From assembly GCF_009914755.1 (NCBI RefSeq), contig NC_060938.1: a stretch of 64,000 nucleotides of DNA; one strand, given 5' to 3'. The notes under the pieces are model-generated. The model was not told the DNA's origin. It was given only the letters and a program-made list of their open reading frames with translations, and did not search any database. The position numbers were made by a program, and so were the translations under genes. The DNA is from the human T2T-CHM13v2.0 reference genome, Homo sapiens. Shown in pieces: positions 55,801-64,000 of the stretch (the first letter of the stretch is position 1; every line of letters starts with the position of its first letter).

Positions 55801-55851
55801 TTAGGTTGGTGCTAAAGTAATTACGGTTTTTGCCCTTTACAAGTGATGGCA
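55801..55851. mobile_element. MADE1 (Hsmar1 MITE), right arm lost
   Basis: TA|TTAGGTTGGTGCTAAAGTAATTACGGTTTTTGCC followed by spacer and 'atggca'. Confidence 0.9.
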
Positions 55852-58304
55852 TTCAAGCAAAGTTCCAGAAGTACCCAAAAGCTGTTTGATCTCCATGTGG
55901 ATAAAACATGACTCCCCATAAACATGCTCTACATCATTAATTCATAGTGATTGCTGTCTTCCCAGTGATGCAAAAACAATCTTCAGCCTTTCAAAATTAT
56001 AGTTTCAAAGCAGTAAGCTGTTTTACTGTGTCATCTTAAAAGCCATGGACTTTATTGCTTTCCCAGGATAGGGAAGGATTTGCAGAGTACATCTTGTACA
56101 GCTCAATGAGATGGTTTACTTGTTCAACCCTGTGCCTGAAATGAACCACCAGGAATCTTCTACCAAAATACACTGTATCTACTCCAGTCAAGGCACATGT
56201 TATCTCTTTCTCTCTCTCTTCTAGAATAATTCTCGAATTCCAAAAGAAGGTCTCCAAAATTTTCCTTGGCAATTCACGCTGGTAGAAAAGAAGTACTTAC
56301 TGTGCACGCTCTCTTGAGCAACATCTAGGACTATGTCTAAAATATTACATCTAACAGTAATATTCCTCTATAAGAACTTTTCACAAAGTATTTCTGAGTA
56401 AGTCTACTCCTTAACGGCACAGAATTCCTCAAACTCACAGGGAATGTCCAGGCACTTTCCACCCCTGCAAGAGAGCACTGTTCTCTTTTACTCACAGCCA
56501 AGCCATATCATCAAATAACTGAACATTCTGCCACACAAATTATCCAGATCTTACAAATCATTCGTTCCCTGCACTTCATCACATGATAAATAATGCCAAG
56601 TACTTAGGTTTCAAGGATAAAAGATTCTTCAAAGGAATTAACAGTTAGGTATGCCTCTCTCACCTGTACTTCTACAATGGCTGGAGGCCCTCCAGTCCAA
56701 TTCGCTTAAATCCATCCTACATGCTGATCCCAAAGGGAGACTTCCAAGGTACAAATGTGACTATGATACTCAGGCAATGGGAGAGCTTGAAGAATTTAAC
56801 ACCTCAAACCCATTGATGTTCTTGTCTGACTCCCTCACAACCTGTAAAACATTTAAGGCAGAGAATAAATCACACTCATCCCATTAATCCTACAATCTAA
56901 CAGGAGGCATGATGCTTCGATGCTTGTTGAATGAGTGACTATTAGTTTTTCAGAGTCACAGATTCCCAAAAATGGTAATCAAGGAAGAAATCAGGGTAAA
57001 CATAGTAAATGACATAGGTGCCAAGCTATAGACTTTCCGTTATACCCTCTTCCTGTTCCCCAGAGCAGCTGGAGTAATATCTGAAATAGTTTACATCACA
57101 ACATCCTGCTGCCTCCGGAGCTTTTGAGGTCACCATCACATCCAAAGTGATATGCAGGGAAATCGTGTTTCAGACCAACACATTATTACTGAAACAAAGA
57201 GAAATCATGCTCCACGTTTTAAGTAAAATGGAATATTGCTTTCTGAACACAGTTTTACTAAAATGGATTTGAGTACATATCTTCCAGTAATGCTATCTCA
57301 ACACCCACACTTGCCTCTCTATACCCACCGCACACACGCACACGCATGTTTTTGATACTATAAATCTTACTCAGACATATGGGGGGGGTAAAGCTTACTC
57401 ACCTTTAGTTGCCATTCCTCCTCAGCTCCCCCTAACTGCATTATAATCATAGTCATTACTGCCATAATGATAGTAATAATGCTTTGTGCTTCTGCAGCAC
57501 TTCTCAGATGATCTCAAAGCATGACTGCATCATGACTGTAAAAGTTGAGAACATTTGTCTCCTCTAGAGATAGTGTTTATAACAAGGGCAGGAGCTCACC
57601 GACTCACCTGACACCCACAAATCAAAATTATGAGGAAGCATGGACTGATTGTCTCTTTTATTTCACTAGGAAAGGGTGATTTTATTGATACAGGTCAAGA
57701 CAAGTCTCTGGAGGAGCCTATCAAAGAAGAAGACCTATTTCTTATCCAACACTCACTGACCTTATCAAATACATTTTATACTGACAAGGGGGAAGGAAAA
57801 TTGTAACGCTTCCATGGTTTAAATCTGCAAAGTACCTTTCAAGTTGTGGCAACAAATTGATGGCTCTCCCATCCAGTCTTGGTCTCCAGCCTTAAGCTAA
57901 ACTTGCTGTATGACTCAAATTTCTCCTCATCTCCATCTCATGTGGTGCTGCCACAGCTCCTCCATTATATCCCACCAAAAAATCTATGGCCATTATTATG
58001 AGTATTTTCCCATGATCCCAGAGAATCATTTAGGGAACTCTGAAAAACAGAAGGAACCCAATTCACCCTTCATGGGAACAGACTCATCTGTAAGAAGAGT
58101 CTTAAGCCCTGAGAGGCTGAGATATTTCTGCCTTAATCTAAATTAGACATTTCTTTCACCCACCCTTCCAGAATAAATTCAGTATCTATCAACGCAAAGC
58201 ACTAGGAACATTTGTATGCAGAGGTATTGAGGAGCTCATATTCTTTGTAGGCTAATCATGAGAGGGGATAATGGGTCTCCTTGCTGCTATACTGTGACTG
58301 CCCA

Positions 58305-58935
58305 CAAGAAGTTTCTTCTCTATGTGGTAGCAGAAAGAGGGATTTTTAAATACAGATCAGATGATATTGCTCTCCTGCTCAAAATTCTTTGAGAGCTGCT
58401 CATCACACTTAGAAGGATATCTAAATTCTGACCATGGCCTGCACAGGGGTCTCTGGTTCTCTTGCTGCCTGCCTCTCCAATCTCATCTATCTCTCTTCCC
58501 TGTGATCCTTCCACTTATTGCATACTGACTTCCTTTCTGCTTCATTAAGACCCAACTCAAGTCTTCTGCACCTGCTGTTCCATCTTCTTGCAACACTCCC
58601 CCATACCTTCATATGACACCTCCCTCATTTCACCCAGCTCTCTCTTCCACTATCATCTGCGCAGAGATGCCTTCCTTGGTGCTTCCTCTAAAACAGTCTC
58701 CCAATCCCTGACAGGGGATCTTTATCTTTATCTTCTTAGCCTACTTTATATTTCTTCATCATATTTTCCCTATCTGACATTATCATACATGTTAGTCTGG
58801 TTAATTGATCGCCATTGGTCTTCACCAGAATGTAAGCTTTGTGCAGACTGGTATTTTGTTGTGTTCATCACTGTAACACAAGCACCTAGAAGAATACTTG
58901 GCACACAGTGTCTGGTCAATAAACATTTGTTGACA
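58305..58935 (+). mobile_element. L2a LINE 3' portion
   Basis: 'ccagaatgtaagcttt...gttcatcactgtaacacaagcacctagaagaatacttggcacacagtg...caataaacatttgttga'. Confidence 0.85.
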
Positions 58936-60297
58936 AGTAGTGGAGAGGCTTTCTATACCCACAGTTCATCTAATAATACCATAGGAACTCCTATTTGCTC
59001 CCAATACCAGGGATTTTTTCAAGTCTTAAAGATCAGAAAAGCTAAGGGGATGGGGCATACCTACCAAACTCAGGCAAATTGATGAGAACTACGGTTCCAA
59101 AGATCATTCCAGGAAACTGGGAGGATCTTTTTAACCCTTATGGATGTTAAACACACTGTGTTCTATGTGCCTGTGTTTTGATTGCAACCTATTATATGAG
59201 GTTAGTTCTATGTGTCCACAGTCATCTTCTGCCCATAATCTCAGGTCTTTTACACATTAAGCATTATAATTATGATGTTATCACTGGAGACTGGCTGTCC
59301 AGTCACCAGGACGCACCCTTTGTTGATATGTGTTGTCCCATTAATATAGGCCCAGGAACTGTATCTCTTTGTCTCTACATCTGCTCCTTCTATTTCTTTT
59401 GAGTCATGCCTTCACATAGCCCAAGAAAGTTTCCCCATGGGAGCAACAACAGGAACTGGATTGTTTTCATAGGGTTTCGTGTCTATCTTGTTAGCCTCCA
59501 GGGGTCAAATTTTTGTATCCTGCTTCCTTACAGGGGATTTCAGACTATCAAAACAAGTTAGTGCAACCGAAGAGCTACTCGGTTCAATATGCTAATAGTT
59601 TGTATGCCTATCTACAAACACACATAATTCTGCATGTAAAATGTACATGGACAAAAGCTCAAGCCTACCAAAATGAACATGTAAAATTGTGAGATATGCT
59701 AAATTGGTGCTTTTGAAATTCTAATGGGTTCAAATAAGTCCTGGAATTTAAAGTCTCATTAATAATTGCCCCTAATTATGTATGAAGCTGTCCCTCCAAC
59801 AGAGATCTCTCCCTCCTCACCTCATTGCCTGATAAGGACATTGGTTGCCATTGCCAGAAAGCACCACAGTGCCTACTCCATAGCATATGAGAAAACAGGC
59901 TGACAGCATAGTCTTTATACCTCTTTTCTACTTTAACAACCATTTAACAGTTGGTGCCATCTCATCGACTGACTATAATACTAATTCAGAAAATGCAGCT
60001 TCCAATCACACAAAACAAGCCCTGTTCTCTCTGCAATGTTTCATGCCATCATCTTTCTGAAAAATGAGATAAACTGCTGCATGTCTTACAAAAATGTTTA
60101 GCAAAAGTTGTGATTTGAGTTTTCTTTTAAAACTGGCTATGCTAAGTAGGATATCAAAAACTGCTTTTCCGTTTCTGAGCCTAAAAATGTCTCCAGAGCC
60201 ATATAGCCACACACTTATCTGTCTTTTATCTCTCCTCTAAAACATGCACTGAACATCTACTCCGGGGCAGATCCTGCTGGAACTGGAAATATAAGTA

Positions 60298-61091
<794 letters not shown>

Positions 61092-62918
61092 TATTAATAA
61101 AACATGATCCTTGCCCTGAAGCAATTATCTACTGTAAACTGGAATTATTTGTCTTCAACATCAGCAATAGCTTTCAGGTCCAAAAATGTGTAGTCTATGT
61201 AACTTATCCCTATTAATTTCTCTTTTGTGACTCTCAACCAAACCTTTAAATAATGTTACATATTGGCCATGTGGGGTTCCCGCTGTTTCCTTGATCGTTT
61301 ATTCATAGTCTGTAATTTACAAAGTACTTTTACAGCATTTCATTTAATCCTCACAACCACTTGTGGGGAAGATGTCATAAACCTCATTTTATAGCAGCAG
61401 AACCTCAAGGATGCTATGTTGCTTGCCCAAAGTTACACAAGGTCGTAAGGCCAGAAATGGACATTTCTGCCTCCATATCATTGCACTAAAGCTTCTAGTT
61501 ATCAACTCCAGGATCTCCTTATAGTCCTGTGATCCAACACTCGTTTAACAAATATTTATTGAGCCTCAATTATGTGCAAAATATTTTGCTACACAAGAAT
61601 ATTCAATCCTTGCCAACGTTCAAGAGAAGTTGTTCATTGTTGTGTTCCCTGAATCTAGAAATAGTCTTCTCTATAATTTCCAGCCAAATACTATTAAATA
61701 CCATGTGTAGTCTTACTTCTCAAGTATATGCTCACCTCACATCTGCAGAAAGGGTCACACCTTTCCTCCATACTGTATCAACTTTTAAATGCATTTCTTA
61801 TTTTGCATAGTGATTATTAGCCATATTCCTTTCCCCCATGCCACACCTAGAGAAATGAATCAGAGGAGAAAGGGGTAAGTAAAGGAGTAATTCTTTGGCA
61901 GTATTTCAGAAGCACAGGTGGATAATCAGCTAGATGCCCTTGGGTCCAGTGGCAAGTGTAGATGACAGGCCATGAATATAGATGGCTTTACTAAAGCCCA
62001 GGTTACACAGCTCCTCAATATCCCAGGGAAATAGTTTTGTAATTTCTGCCACTTCTTAGCCAAAGACACTCTCCTCATTATCTCCATCTCACAGTTGCTG
62101 TTTATTGAGCTACTTTAAACCCTAGTTCAGAAGGATGGTCCTTAAGATAAAAAAGATGTGAAATGAAAAGCAGATGCTTCAATGTGCTGGGGTCATGTCT
62201 GGGTCTGGAAATGGAAACAGAGACAGCAGGTTTTTATATTCTCTTGAGCAAACCCCAGGACATTCTTTAAAATGAAGCAGTCAAAAAATATAAATATTTC
62301 CATTAGTCAAAGGATACCAAACCAAGGTTTGTCAACTTAGTGACTGTGAGAACTTCTCCAAGTGGAAATATTTACCAGAAGACTGAGGCAATCATTGTTA
62401 CCAAGAGCTTTTGTGAGCCATGTGCACCCTTTTCTCTCAATTTTCACACAGGCATATTGTGGCAAGGAAAGGTAAAGAAAACAAAAAAGAATGAAGTACA
62501 ACAGGGGCTGAGAGGGAAAGTTTAGGAAGGACGAAAAGGAATGAGCAGAGAGGGTGAGTGGTACAAAAAAGAGTAAGTTTTGAAGTCAGATGGGCATACA
62601 TGTACATTCTGGCTTTGGGATAATTGATCTAATTGCCCAAAACCAAATGGTCTCACCTGTATAGTGAATATGGTTCTATTTATCTCGAGGGTAAGTGTGA
62701 AGAGTAAGCAAGCTGCTGCAAGCAAGGTGCCAGCATGGTATGTGACAGAATGGACCTTAATAAAGAGAGGGGGTAGTGGTGATTTAAAGGAAATCTACAT
62801 GGATATTCCAGAATCTTTTAAATTGACTATGAATTGACTATTAAATTAACTATTCATCCTGATAATTCTATAAAATGTAAATAGGTGAAGTGGCACAAAA
62901 TAAAAATTATTTTGAATG

Positions 62919-63097
62919 CAGTGTGACTCTCAATCCTGGATGCTTATCAAAATCCCTTGTGGACCTTAAAAAAAATTCAATTTCCGGGCCTCACCTGTAC
63001 AAATTTGTTTTCAGTAACTCTGAGATAGGACTCAGACATTTGTGTTATATTAAGAGTTCAACATGTATTCTGACGCCCCAACAAGAGAACTGCTGCT
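62919..63097. mobile_element. MER5-type MITE
   Basis: 'cagtgtgactctcaatcctgg...tcaaaatcccttgtggacctt...gggcctcacc...gagaactgctg'. Confidence 0.65.
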
Positions 63098-64000
63098 ATA
63101 GATACTACATAAGATGGAATATAAAACATCACTAAGGAAAGAAACACGCATTTCTCCACTTGCATGAATATAGCAACTTTCTAAATCATATTGAAACCTC
63201 TAGTTATAAGATCTTCCATTTTCTGCATCTATTTACTCAAACTTCTTCTGTGGTTATATCTACCTGTAAGACCAAGATGTGTCTCATAAGGAAGATCACG
63301 GACACAATAAACCCTTTCTCTAGAATGTGTTCCAGTTTCCAACCATTCCTTCGTGGGTCTATATAATATTTATAATCGAATGACTTCCATTTCAAATGTA
63401 TGGAGAAGCACACCCCTAAGAATGGGGCAGTGACCACAGCATGTGATATCCTCAGGAGTGATGAGGGTAACATGTCATTTAACATTTTGCTTCAATTTAT
63501 TTGACTGCCTCCATCTGTGCAAGCATTGATTGGTATAAGAAGAATGAGTTACTTCACTTCAGATGGTTCATTAGGGAATCAAAACTATTGAATGAGAATT
63601 TCTTTGTGAATCAAGGCTAAATGATTAATAATGTATCAAACCCCAAAAGAAGACACTTTATTGTCCATGAATGCTTTTATAATGCAATTTTCATTAAAGA
63701 TTACAGCTGTGATTATTTAATACCCATCATTTCCACCACTCCAAAAAAGAAAACAGTTATAAAACACAAATCTTTTGTTCTTATATCACGAAGTTAAACA
63801 TTTTAAAAAGCTGCACTTGAAAAAGAAAAACAGCTTATAATGCATTTGCTTTTAGATATGCAACAGAAAAATTGCTCCAAATAAATTTTAAAATGAAATG
63901 CCAGAAACTTGGAGAAACGTACTTAGTGGGCCAAGAAAACAAAAGAGTGGATGGTGATGTGAGTCTCCCTTCTCTTTCATCAGGTTTTACTTAGCTAAGA

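Noticed and set aside
56036-56330. 78-aa minus-strand ORF, and a strong + strand acceptor (CT-rich tract, TAG at 56224)
   Set aside because: No recognisable protein and no convincing partner donor; the pyrimidine tract is a short (CT)n repeat.
58588-59082. 164-aa ORF
   Set aside because: It has a non-ATG start, lies mostly in L2 sequence and shows no recognisable domain.

Overview
This is AT-rich hominoid genomic DNA, human or another great ape, as shown by a full-length SVA plus Alu, L1PA, THE1 and MADE1 elements. I find no protein-coding exon, RNA gene, true CpG-island promoter or CRISPR-like array; it reads as intronic or intergenic sequence built largely from transposable-element fossils. 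The ORFs I can assign are TE remnants (Tigger1 transposase, L1 ORF2, Alu or SVA read-through), and the rest resemble no protein I recognise. I cannot support a genuinely new biological system. The most interesting signals are structural. (1) Three independent 50-100 bp segments each have a same-orientation copy 1.3-1.9 kb away, which looks like locally templated repair insertion. (2) A full-length SVA is nested in an Alu linker, and that Alu sits in an L1 tail. (3) An L1PA carries a 5' inversion and a 19-nt 3' transduction. (4) A 33-bp orphan retro-insertion has a TSD. (5) A Tigger4 fragment retains many CpGs. (6) Two one-armed MADE1 elements are present. Repeat family and subfamily names come from recalled consensus sequences, not a database search, and boundaries of old repeats (L2, MIR, L1M, MLT) are approximate.
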